Made by a program: the position numbers and the translations under genes. DNA of 64,000 nt from Styela clava (lineage: Eukaryota): NCBI RefSeq assembly GCF_964204865.1, contig NC_135257.1, positions 16,926,001 through 16,990,000 of the forward strand, in the 5' to 3' direction. This document shows, piece after piece, positions 24,001-36,948 of the stretch (the first letter of the stretch is position 1; each line of letters opens with the position of its first letter). The notes below the pieces were generated by a model. It searched no databases, was not told the origin of the DNA, and saw only the letters and a program-made list of their open reading frames with translations.

Positions 24001-25781
24001 GGAATCTGATTTGATTTGCATTCTAGCAGTTTTATTCGAATAAGAAACATTCATATATTGCCCAAAAATTTTATTTCAAACGATGAAAAATAAATTCGGC
24101 GAAAAGTTGGCTTCACTCGGAGAATGACAAAAAATGCAGATTTTCCGTTTGTTCTCCTTACACAAAAAATCCACTATTCCAATCAACACCGAAAATTTTT
24201 CAAGTGATATTGTGCGAAAGCGGAATACCACAATGACGAAAATACAGATATTTGTCTACACGCACGAAAGAGAACAATAATCATTTTTCTTACAATTCCA
24301 AATTTGATACGTATTAACAAATATTGAAAATGCAATTTGAAAATTCAAAACTTTCTTACTTTTCTATTCTGACGTCGACTGGACTGTTTTCGTGCACTTG
24401 ACTGGGGTAGCCTGGATTCCAGAAATCAATCTAAATAGAAGTTAATTGCTTGAAATATTCAAAACTAAAAAGTCAATTTATATTTAATGTCTCCAGTTAC
24501 ATTCTCCATAATTTTTAGTCCCCTTTGGCCTTATTTGTATATCCAATTTTATTGCGGATACTTCCCTATTTATTTACGGAATATTTCAAATTTAAACACA
24601 TGATCAGACAATCGTAATTGATCGCTATTCTCTATATTGAGTGTCGAATATCCAAAGACCAAACAATTAACTGTGACACCGGAAAATATGTTCAAAACTT
24701 ATTCAAGGCAGAAATCTTTTTCCGCACCCAATCATAATAAGTAGTTCATTTAACTTTTTCGCTCAAATTCCTAATCACGGGAGAAACACTTGAAAGAATT
24801 TTTGTTCCATTTAATGAATTTAAAATTATTCGTACCTCGTCCTCATATCCTCTGATCAGTTCAACTTGGTCTTGAGTTGTTGGATAAAGTGTTAGAACTT
24901 GATCTCTGGAAAACAAAATTAGCTTTTGAAAAATGGAACGATAGTTTGAAACAGGAATACGTATGTTAAAGGGCGCTCCAGATGTATGTGTACCAATATG
25001 GAGGTAACTAATTTTGTCTACTGTACATCAAGTTGTCTAAAGGGGCGGAAACCTATGGGCAGGAGGTATACCCACTTGGCTAACACAAACAGTCCCCGAA
25101 CTTGTAATGGAACTAAATGACCTAACCCTAACCTGACACACATACTATGGGAGTATATGTTATTAGAGTCCTTTGAATGTATGCATTGTTCATCTACAAT
25201 TTCTACATTATGTTATATTCAATGGTATTATTCAGAAGTTTAAGAACACGTTCGTTCCTTCCGCTAACAACAGCATCTAATATTTCGGATAATCATCCCA
25301 AATTGACTAGATTCGATATAATAGAGTATATTGTACAACAAATGCACTCATTATTTTCCAATTTTTTTACTTTACATCAGATTGATTTCATATCTGATAG
25401 AGTGGGTGAATAAACTTTTAATAATTCCATATTATTTCAATTTCGAATTACAAAACTCAAATTCGAATTACAAAACTTTTATTCAATTTAATTATCTATT
25501 TTTGTCATATATGTCAGCGTTGAATTCATACCGTGAGTCGACAAAATTAAGTCGCGTCGCTCAAAATTATCATAGAGTCCTAAGTCAAGTCTGCTTTGCT
25601 GTAAGTAGGGTCAGAGTTTGACCCGTTCAAATGACTTGAGCTATTTCCCGACCTTGAAAAACGGTGACTCGATGGTGACAAGTTCAGTAACCCTAAAATC
25701 CTTATATATCGAAACTTACCCAAAAAATGTTTTCTTGGCCAATGCCAAAGAGACAAGACTGAATAAAACGAATAACTTCAT
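18027..25781 (-). CDS. Preprocarboxypeptidase B-like (M14A) paralog 3, 12 exons, ~412 aa
   Basis: Minus-strand exons 25720-25781, 24836-24905, 24360-24430, 23869-23923, 23001-23111, 22211-22411, 21381-21467, 20771-20974, 20576-20665, 19840-19924, 19154-19266, 18027-18116 total 1239 nt. All catalytic and Zn motifs intact. Confidence 0.93.
18357..18634 (+). mobile_element. HINE/DINE-1-like element, copy 2 (intron 11 of paralog 3)
   Basis: TTACTTATCGATT-TT-AATCGGTAAGTA, GTCT microsatellite, TCGATAAGT subTIR and 3' hairpin. Absent from the homologous intron of paralog 4 (~27220). Confidence 0.72.
23479..23775. mobile_element. Degenerate hAT-like repeat family (also ~54878-55170 and ~59806-60100)
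   Basis: Shared CGGG.CATGTAAGTG...ATCAAAATTTGG...GCAGCATC...GAATTA.CC blocks in three copies. Confidence 0.6.
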
Positions 25782-26899
25782 CTTCTTCTTTCGTAAGTCA
25801 CAACTGTGATCGAAATGTCATTTTGCCATCCACTCATCCCTTTTTATAACAAGCAAAATCTAAATTGGTTTTTTCATATCAGCTATTCAAATAAGTTAAT
25901 TTCACTGACACACAACCACCAGAAAAGATGATCTACTATCTTTAATAATACTTGTTCAAACTAAATTCACTTGTACAAATTTATTCCATAACTTGATAGG
26001 CAATACTGATGCGTATCAAACTTCAATCGAAACTCTCACTTGGCCTAGTCATGCTGAAAATTGTATAACAGGCATGAATTACTGTTAACGATTAACTGGT
26101 ACGAATTCATTATTTGCCTAATACGTACGTCGTACGTCATTTAGTGCGTGGGAAAAGCAAGATGTTGTTGGAAGTTTTACAAAAATATTCATCCTTCATC
26201 TTGCAATGGCCGTGTGTTACACACATGTTCAATGAGCATTACGTGCTTTTGCATTTTAGCATTGTCTTTGAAATCTAAACAGATGGGTTTTGTTGTCATT
26301 TTATTTCGATCATTTTTGGCGCTCCAGAAGTGTATGTACCAATATGCCTACTTTACATCAAGTTGTGTAAAGGGATTGAATACTATGGGCAGGGGGTATA
26401 TTCACTTGGCTAACACAGACAGTCCCGAACTCGTAATAGAACTAAAATAAGGAAAATCGGAATAAATACCATACATAACCCTAACCTGGTACACGTATTA
26501 CGAGAGTAACTCAATTTTTAAGGTTCTTGAAGCGCTATTGAAATGTTATGAAAAGTTAACATTAAAATTTATGGCGTATATACATTATTCAATTCACCCA
26601 AAGCGCGATAGACCATTTTCTCCATTTGAACAGCTTGAAAACGGTAAACACTCTTCACTAGTAATACAACGAATGGTTCAGATATCGCCAAAAAAAAAAC
26701 GATCAAAGAAAATATTGAATTAAGGACTACATATTTCACCACAAAGTACAAGTAATATGTCCTAGATCAAACAGTCGATTTCGCAGACAAAATGTATTTC
26801 ATGATTTTATTAATTTTTCAAAATTTATCATCCACATTGATATTTATTAAATCAAATAAATTACACAATTATTAAACAGAAGTTCAATGTAGTTTGTTA

Positions 26900-29800
26900 C
26901 TAGGACTCATTGTATACGCCAGCGTTAATGTCGCGGACCCCCTGATGCATTACTTCCATTAGATTGAACGTCTCCTCACAGACTGGTTCGATCTAAAAAA
27001 TATATTTCATGGTTAGTACGAAACATCAAAATTACTGGAGTTATCGGGCAACCGACTAGATTAATGTCACCCGCAGAGAGAGCGTAGCCAGGATTTTTTA
27101 AAAAGAGGAAAATGGAGTATGTGGGTGTGCTAAAATTTCTAATAGTTAAGTCAGACCGTAACAGCTAGCGAGCCGGATCCAAGCCTCTCTTTTTTAAATT
27201 TATTGACTACAGCTAGATACAAAAACAAACCATTAATTCACTTAATTTAACATAGCTCACGGGTCTGCTACACACAATTAAAAAGTTTGTGAATTGAAGT
27301 CGCTTTCATCGCCTGCATCTTGTATGACCAGTGTTTATACAGTAACGGAGAATTGACGCTTGGCTCAGCGGCAACCAACGTTAGATACGTTTTCTAACTA
27401 ATCCCTGATTACTAAACATTCGTTTTGAAACCACCAAATTGAAAAATCTTATTTTTTAAATATAAACTCAAATCTTACTTGGCGTGCTGGGAGAGCGAAG
27501 CCGTATCTGCCCTCATCTCGGAGTTCGATAGTGTAGGAAAGTGGGACCCCTGCATCGTATGCAAAGTCATCGGAACCTCCTGCTGCCAAGTCTATGTAAA
27601 AGATAATATTTAATTTGCATTTTGTTTTATTTGTCCTGGTTGTAGATTGAGTCCATGCAAAATATCAATTTGGCATTATTGATTAAACACGACTGTATTA
27701 TAAAATGCCATTTGTATATACACATGAGGTAAAAAAAAATAAGTTTGCTTTTCACAGCAGTCAAAATACACAATCACGACACTTTTGGGGGTTGACGTGG
27801 GTGCCGTTCTTGTATTCAAATGAAATATTGTTTGTTAGGGCTTGCTTCTTCAGCTACGGGACGGTATTATGTCTAAAAATGTTGTACTGCATTCCTCGCG
27901 ATTAGACATAATTTCTCAATAGCAAACAGGAAATATGCATTATGATTTGATTGTTTGAAAATTAAATTATAAACTCAATGAGTATACTCACAAATAGTCG
28001 TGCCTCCTGGACCGTAAATATATTCTGTACCAAAAGGAGTTTTGACAGCATTATAAGCTGCAACTGCGTAATAGTCCTGTAGATTATATGACAAGGATTA
28101 TTGATTGAAATCTCACATTTTGCGTTTCTGTATACGCTTGAGTGTTGTAGTGAACCTACTAATTTGAAACTTAAATACAATTTAAAGATGATGCGGAAGG
28201 AAATTCGACTTCGAGGTTTACTAAATCAAGTAGAGTGTTTAGGAAGAGTTATCAGTACAACGGTATTTTATAAAACGATTCGTTAATTACTCTGCGCCAA
28301 ATATATAGTAACAATCAAGTAAATTTCATTTTATATCCAGATTTTTGATTTCTAATGTCATTTCTCTAGTTCAACCTGTGTATTAGTGCGCTATTCTAAA
28401 TGCCAAGTCAGGGCTCTCAAAAAGATTTCGCCAGACAAAATATTCATGAACTCACCAAATTTTTTGTAGTATCAGCAAGGCGAAGCTGGTAGGAGTAAGG
28501 ATATAGGATCATTTGTCCGTAGGCGTGGAATGTGACGTATGCTTTCTGTAAAGAAAGTCAATATCACGTGATTTATGATTTGAAAGGCCATGTATAAAAA
28601 CGTTAATACCATATTATATTCAAATGTAAATAATATTTAAATATTCACCAGTGAATTAATATTTGCTCGAATGAAATCTGCCACGGCTTTCACTTCAGGC
28701 TCAGATTCTGCAGAAGGTCCGTAGTATGTGTCAGAACAAGGGGATCCTGATGATCCTGGTCCTGACCATCCTGCATCACAGTTTCTGTTTGGATCAACAC
28801 CGTAGCAAATACTTCCTGCGCGTTTGGAGCGAGTTTTTCTCCACATTCTGTCCTGAAAATTTAAATATATGGGCTTGTACAATTCTCGTTGTCGGAGATG
28901 CTAACAGCATTACTCTCTTTTTATATTATCAATTATTATTATATGACATTGTAATGGTAATTGAGAACATCAGTTATTGCGTGGATCAATTTGCATGTAT
29001 TTCACCGCTTGTTATTGGGGAATAGGGCACTCGCACAACGAAATGATATGAAGAGATAGTCATTTACGCTCTTTAATACAACGCCTTGATTTTATTTAAC
29101 AGAAAACGTTTAGTACTTATTTAGCTCCAGAATTAAAAAGACTGAACAATCCAAAAAATCCTACCAGAAATATTGTACAAAATGATTCATCTTCTTAAGT
29201 ACAACTTCGTATATGTTATCAATATGCCGTTAATCACATTTTATCTCAAGTGATTCAAGACTACACAGTAACACATATATATTTCTGTAACATCTGGCAC
29301 GAAGTTTTGTGTGCAGCATGTTTCTTGAATCATTAGGAATAATTATATTCACTCTTGTTGCAGCATCTTTGTAATATATTCACCGGCACAAAAGTATAGA
29401 AGAAGAATAAGTACTAATTCTCGCAGAAATCATTAGCGCAAATCATATTTTTAATCATTAATAATATTTACAAAACAACACTCACATTGGTGTGTGTGTA
29501 TTGATAACCGTCAACGTTTACTACGGGAATCACGTGAATAGTCAGGTCGTTCAAGATTTCGGAATCTATCAGCTGTAAAAAGATCATACATATGATTTAT
29601 ATCAGATGTCTTAGAATTAGATAGTGGAGGCACCTCTAATCTAGGCCACATAATGAAAAGATCTTCACTGTATATACCTGCTACCATGAGATGTCATGTT
29701 CAATCATTTTGTTGTTATAATACAACGGCTGTTGAACATCTTTCAAATAATTTTTTTCTGTGATGATTTATATATATATAAATTTATTTTCAAAATAATG

Positions 29801-32800
29801 AAACGCCCTCTTTACATAATATAATCAACTCATCTCTAAGTTTTCATTAGTCATTCACCTGTTGAACGTAGCATTGGCAAAAAGCCGGAGAAATCCATTC
29901 ACGAGCATGAAATCCACAATCAACAAGCATAGCTGGTTTGCTATCGGAGGTTTTGAGAGTGAGCATTGGGATATCTCTGCCTTCCCAACTGGTTCCAATC
30001 ACACTTCTTGTTACCAAAGTTGGATACTGTTGTTCAATATCCATCGTCCAACTATTAATCTAGGAAAATCAAGAAGATACAGCATTGTAATTGTATTGTA
30101 TTGCAATTGATTCATTTATGTAACCTGATAATTAAAACGAGCAATGCAAATTTATGGACCGCATTTTATCTATAATTATGTGGATAAAAGAATATTATAC
30201 CAAAAATCAAAGGCAGGCTTCCCTATAGAGACCTATAGTCAAGAAAGAACCGTTGCGTATTAAGCTTAGTATTTCTTAGTATTTCTAATAGTTTACACCA
30301 CTTTCCACGTGTTTAGAAAACTTGTTGGAGAGGATTTGCACAGCGGCCGATATGAAGAAAAAACAATTTTAGCTCTGCACTTATACCTACGTCTACTGTT
30401 TTTACTAGAATTATACTAAGTTAATTTGAAAGCGTTACACACAAGATGAAAGCAAACGTATCTAACTAACCACTTTACGACAAAGATCAAACGGTTTTGT
30501 ATTCTGATTTAAAAACACTTACTTCATCGTATGAGTGATATATGAAGTAATCATATCCAAGCAATGCTTTAGGATGATTTCTTCTTGGTTCAACTTGTTC
30601 ATCAATCGCCATCTGGACATCTCCTATTTTGACCTGAATTCATGATGTTTCATATGATTCTTGGACGCACGCATGCGCATTTGTTTTTGAAGGGTGAGTA
30701 TTGAAAGTTTTCATACTTCGTCTATGTCTAAATCGTCATAGACTCTATGACATGTCATTTTCTTATGTTTTTTTTTGATATTACTCTGGTATTTAATAGT
30801 TCAACGGGGGTTTGAAACGTTTTGTTTTGGTACTCCCGTAGTATGTGCACCAAGATGGCGCACAGCCTGAACTTAGTATGTGTACCGGGTTGGGATTCAG
30901 GTTGTGCGCCATCTTGGTGCGTCGAAAAATAAATTTGCTCAAAGACAGAGACTTCAATATTCTAGTAACTTAGAGATATATCTGATTGATATGTTTGGTC
31001 TGATTGGCAATACATGTCTATAACAACCTTTATTGATGCGGTAATTCGAACTCTACCATTTACGAAATATCCTTTTAAGTTTTAATCTTAAAAACTAAAA
31101 GCACCTACCTCAAAATTAATTCCTGCGTCTTTCATCGTACGCTTAAATTTCATCAATTGAAATCTGAATTATTAAAATAAAATTTTGATTTTGATTTGAA
31201 GTGTTCAACATACTCTGTGAAATTTTTAAAATAGGATAATTGAATGGAATCTGATTTGATTTGCATTAAAGCAGTTTTATTCGAAGAACAAACATTCATA
31301 TATTGTCCAAAAGAATCATTCCAAACGATGAAAAAAAAAATTATGCAAAAAGGTTGGCTTCACTCGGAGAATTATACAAAATGTAGATTTTTGTTTGTTC
31401 CGCTAAATCCGCTATTTCAATATGCACTATTCCACAGCAAAAATTTTTATTCATTTTTAAATTTTCTCGATCTGTGGCTGCACGCACGAAAGCAAACAAA
31501 ATCATATTTCTTACAATTCCAAATCGGATACATGTTAACAAATATTGAAAATACAATTTAATAAATTCAAAAATCTTACTTTTCTATCCTGACGTCAACT
31601 GGATTGTTTTCGTGCACTTGACTGGGGTAGCCAGGATTCCAAAAATCAATCTAAATAACAACAGATTGCTTTGAAATATTCAAAACTAAAAAGTCAATTC
31701 ATATTCAATGTTTTCAACTACATTTTCATGATCCTCTTTAGCATTTTTTGCATGCCAATTTTATTAGAAATACTTTTCCATTCGTTTATGGTATATTTCA
31801 AATTAAGCACATTACTAGGCAATAGTACTTAATTGGGATACTCTATATCAGGGGTTCCCAGCCGCCGGTCCGCGAAGCTTTTCTGTCGGTCCGCGAGAAA
31901 TTTCATTTTGTTGTTTTCCTGCCGTCTCAATCGCTTCATCGAAGCCGAAAAGACGAAGTTACGTTGGTTTATTATGCAATTTCTCTTCCGTCGTCATATC
32001 ACTATTTGATAATTTCGGTATTAATTGCCCGGCGACGTCTTGGCGCCGAATAATCACACTTTTCGCTTTTACGGTTCCGATTCATCGCAAAAGCGCTCCA
32101 TCAAATCTCGCAAGATTCAGAAACCTGAAAATCAGCATGCGCGCTCTTTCTGTTTTGCATACTTTTCTTGATGAATGAGACGAAGTTACGTTGGTTTATC
32201 ACGCAATTTCTTTTTCGCCGTCATATCACTATTCGATAATTGCGGTATTAATTGCCCGGCGACGTCTTGGCGCCGAGTAATCACACTTTTCGCTTTTACA
32301 GTTCCGAGTCATCGCTGAAGCGCTCCGTCAAATCTGTCTAGATTTAGAAACCTAAAAATCAGCATGTGTGTTTTTTCCGTTCTGCTTGCTTTTCTTGATT
32401 AATATTACCATTCAAATAAAAGGTTATGAATATTTCTCTGTTTAAACCAAAAAACTCCAAGAACAGTATAATATTCCTGAGCTTCACCTTGACACCCAGC
32501 GAGATATCAACTTGTTGCGACCCTGCAGGTAGTTACGAGACGCTCAACAAAAGCATGGGACGGTGATAACTTTTCTGGGTGATGCACAGCAGGATTTTTA
32601 GCCAGGTGCCAAGTAAGCAACGACTTTATCATTGTAATATAAATTCATTTTGTTTGGTGCGTCGATCAACTGCAGAGAGATTGATATGATGAAACCTCTA
32701 CTTTACAGTCCAGATTTATAAAATAATCATTGTCATAATTCCTTCTTGAGCTCTCAAACTGTCCGAATTTCTCACTGGAGTTGGAGGTAATTGTGTTTGT

Positions 32801-34076
32801 ACATTTGGCATGTACATGTTTTTTATATGAGATTTGTGCTTTTTTACGCGTAATGGGTGCCCAGCACTGCATTTTATTATGCAAATATATGTTATTATTT
32901 CATGTCCCACCCATTTCAATTTTTGGCCGGCACATTATTTGATAGTTTTTCCGCATGTGAAATGTGGTCCGGTCCGCGAGTACGTTTTATTTAATTTTAC
33001 CGGTTCGCCATGGTAAAAAGGTTGGGAACCAGTGCTCTATATTGAGTATCGAATATCCAAAGACTAAACAAGTAACTGGAACACTGGCGTTATATTCCAA
33101 ACTTATTCAAGGCAGAAATCTTTTTCCGCTTCCGTTAATAATAAGTAATTCATATAATTTAAAATATATATTTTTCAAATTGAGGTTGATAGTTTGTCTC
33201 ATTTTTTATCTGGCCATTTCACATTTACAATGTTTAAAAATGTAGATTTGATGCAAACATTATACTGTATGTGTATAAACAAACTATCAATTTTTTGCTA
33301 GTATCCCAATCACGAGAGTAAATAAATCTTTTATGTAATGAATTGAAAACTAAGATTTCTTTGTACCTCGTTCTCATATCCTCTGATCAGTTCAACTTGG
33401 TCTTGAGTTGTTGGATGGAGTGTTAGAACTTGATCTCTGGAAAACAAAATTAGCTTATCAAAAATGGAACGATAGATTAAATCAGGAATACGCATGTTAA
33501 CGTACTTTGAATATATGCATTGTTCATTTACAATATGTTAACGTTTAAGAACACGTTCCCGTCGCTAACAACAGGTTCCTTCATTTCAGAAAATTATTCC
33601 GAACTAATTAGATTAGATATAATGGAATACTTTGTACAATGAATGTATACGTTATTTTTTAATATTTTTACTCTGCACAATGTTAATTTCATATCTGATA
33701 GAGTGGGTGAATAAAAATATTTTTGATTCTATTTTGTTTCAGTTTTAATTCCGGATCAACAAACTCTTTCATTTAATTGAATTATACATTGGTGAATATA
33801 TCTAATAATTTTGTCATATATGTCAGCGTTGAATTCCTACCGTGAGTCGACAAAGAGAAGTCGCGTCGCTCAAAATTATCTGGTAGTCCCAAGTCAAGTC
33901 TCCCTAGATGTAAGCCAAGTCGAGTCAGAGTTTGAAATGTTCTTTCCGAGCTGTTTTTTGGTTGACTCGAGATCAAGTCCAGTGACCCCAAAATCTATAT
34001 AAATCGGAACTTACCCAAAAAATGTTTTCTTGGCCAATGCCAAAGAGACAAGACTGAATAAAACGAATAACTTCAT
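26900..34076 (-). CDS. Preprocarboxypeptidase B-like (M14A) paralog 4, 12 exons, ~413 aa
   Basis: Minus-strand exons 34015-34076, 33367-33436, 31580-31650, 31109-31163, 30523-30633, 29859-30059, 29486-29572, 28649-28852, 28456-28545, 27992-28076, 27479-27591, 26900-26992 total 1242 nt. Close tandem duplicate of paralog 3, with introns still alignable. Confidence 0.93.
31849..33034. mobile_element. Non-autonomous hAT transposon in intron 2 of paralog 4
   Basis: CAGGGGTTCCCA...TGGGAACCAGTG TIRs and perfect 8-bp TSD CTCTATAT. Single-copy empty site at 24630-24637 in paralog 3. Internal ~227-bp tandem duplication (31951 and 32178). Confidence 0.9.
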
Positions 34077-36948
34077 TTTGTTCTTTCGTAAGTCACAATT
34101 GTGATCGAAATGTCATTTTGCTATCAACTCATCCCTCTTTTATAACCAGCAAAATCGCCATACCATTTGGTCAGATAATAGTTGAGCGGAATTGCATACA
34201 CAAAAACAGGCGAAAAAAGAAGTTCTACCTTTATTAATATTTTAAGAATTGGTCAAACTGAATTCATAAATATACAAATATATCAAATGATATATTGTGC
34301 AAGACTGACCAATAGAATATTCTTACTTGGCCTAGCTTATTATCCTTATTATCCTTCCTTATTATCGGGATTTTTATTTATTCGATATTAATAACGATCT
34401 AAATTGATACGATGATATTATTTGTCCAATACGTCATTCAGACGCGGTTGCGTGGGAATACAGAGATGTTGTTAGAAGTTTTACAAAAATATTCATCATG
34501 TAACGTCCGTGTATTACAAATGTAGGTTTTGAAGTCATTTCAGTTTGATCATTTTTTTGTCATAATCAAGGCGTTTTTGGGAGTAACTATATTGGATAAT
34601 ATTGGGAATTACTTCAATCGTTTAAAATATACGGTGTTCTGAATAGAAATGATAAAAAGAATATTACATAATTGATTTTATAATCGGAAAAACTTCGTAA
34701 TTGTCTTGATTTATACATTTGAATTTTTGAATTTGTAGTACTCGAAAGCGTGGCGTTTTTTTTTTTAAATCGTACTTTTCTACACTAGTGGCGAGAGTTT
34801 GCTACAAAAGATCCAGACGATTCTTTTCTTTGTTCAACATGAACGAACATTTTTTGAATATGATCAAATTGTATGTCTAAATATTAGTTGATTTGACGTA
34901 ATTCTGAACTGTTTGACGCACAAATATCATTGGCATACCTCAATAAAGAAAAAACATTTACTATAATAGTCGTTTTATTTATCAAGTAATCTTAATTTAG
35001 CACAAATTATCGTTCCAGATAACATTACAGAAATTCGTATTACGTCACAGCAGGTTTTGTTTCTCACGACTCAGACCACCAAATATCGAATTCTTAATTC
35101 TGAATCGACGCTGTCTAGAGTTTGAAACGGCCACAGATGATATATGCTTAAAATATGATGATAAATTATAAAAAGAATATGAGTTCTGTTCCTGTTAATA
35201 AAAGTTATTTTAAATTTTTTGCTATAGATTGCGTAACATTTTAATCAGATTATAAGTATAACGATTATTATGATAATAAATGGGATTTACTGGTATTTTA
35301 TTTTAGACGTCTTACCCGTAAACACTCATTATACACAGCATCACAAATGACGGCAATTTGCCGGCAATCCGACGTAATGTTCTTTTAATTTGACTAAAGT
35401 AAATTAATAAAGTAACTAATATTTTTAATCTAAAGATTCCTGGGGCACTAGGCGATTTTACGGCGATTTATGCCTTAAAATAGATTTTTCGAGATTAGAT
35501 CGAAAGCTAGGTCATGCGTACTTTCTCCGAAGTAAAGAGGTATCATCTCTGAGCAAACATGGAGTCAACAATGAAATGATAGACGCTACTGAAACTTTAT
35601 GAATTCTGGTGGTGCGTGAGGTGTCGGGTTCGAGAGCAATGCAAATTGATACGATCAAGAAAACGTCTATGAAGTAGAGAATTTTATATAAATGAAGTTA
35701 TTGGAAAAAAATTATTGTCGGAAAGGTATCAATTCTCCAAATGACACTCCCGTAGTGTGTGTAACAGGTTAGGGTTAGGTCATAATTTTGTTCCAATTTT
35801 TCCTATTTTAGTTCGATTACGAGTTCGGGGATTGGCTGTGTTAGCCAAGTGATTATACCTCCTGTCCATAGGTTTCAGTCTCTTTACACAACTTGATGTA
35901 AAGTAGGCAAACAAAATTAGTTACCTCCATATTGGTATAAACACTAAACAAGTAAACACTAATCAAGCGCAATCCAAATATCTTATGACTTCTAATCTAA
36001 ACTAGTCAATGCCCTGTAAAAGCGATGGGTTTACTGTTTACCATTTGTAGTAACTCAATGTTACTTTCAGTTCAGAACATAAATATCACTTACAATATAA
36101 ACAAAATCAACTACCTATATTCCCCTGAGCAGTAATTTTTTTATCGCTCTAACATTTGAACTCAGTGAATAACATTTTGAAGGAAGCCATTGATGCCTGC
36201 TAATGGATCATAATCTTTATTTGTGTTTCATTCCTATTGTTTTGAAAACGTCATTATATCCTGTTAGGCTTAAATGCTGCTTATCGTTATAATTATGGAA
36301 TAGGTACGTAGGTAGCGCCAACTCACTGAGTGTGCACCTCATCCAACAAGTTTATTTATTTTTGTTTTAATTTACATTTGTATGCTGAATTTTATGACAT
36401 AGTGAACATTTTTAGCGTTTTTAAATTTTATTTGCTAGTAGTCGAGTGGGAACTTTTATTCCACTCCGATACATCTGCAATTTCTAATATTAAGCAGGTT
36501 ATATCAATACGCCATTTCGTCGGCATCCACGAAACTACTAGCAAAATAACCAGCAAGGCTTGGAAATGGAAGTATATTTGGATTCAAAATGACGATTAAA
36601 ACATCAAAAACTACACATTGTATCATTATGCTGAACAAAATTGAAGTATTTCAATAAAACAACTAGAAATAATGGAACTAGCACTTGGACGCAAAACAAT
36701 AGTGAATACAGCACAACACAAAGCTGAAGCACAACTATTGACTGCAACTCATGCGGCATAATCAAATAAACTCTTTATTTAATCAAGACAGATCGGGATT
36801 ATTAACTTGGTTAAAATATTTGCAATCGAAGTATTGATAATATAGAATATAGGACAGAAATGGACGAAGAACGGATAACTGAACGTCAAACTGAATTTCA
36901 CTTTTGAGCTAAATAGCAATAATCAATGATAACATCCAAAGATTTATT

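Noticed and set aside
17441-34558. Paralogs 3 and 4 as uncollapsed haplotypes
   Set aside because: Introns are substantially diverged, C-termini differ, and the junction is gap-free at a defined MITE end. True duplication is more likely, though read depth should confirm it.
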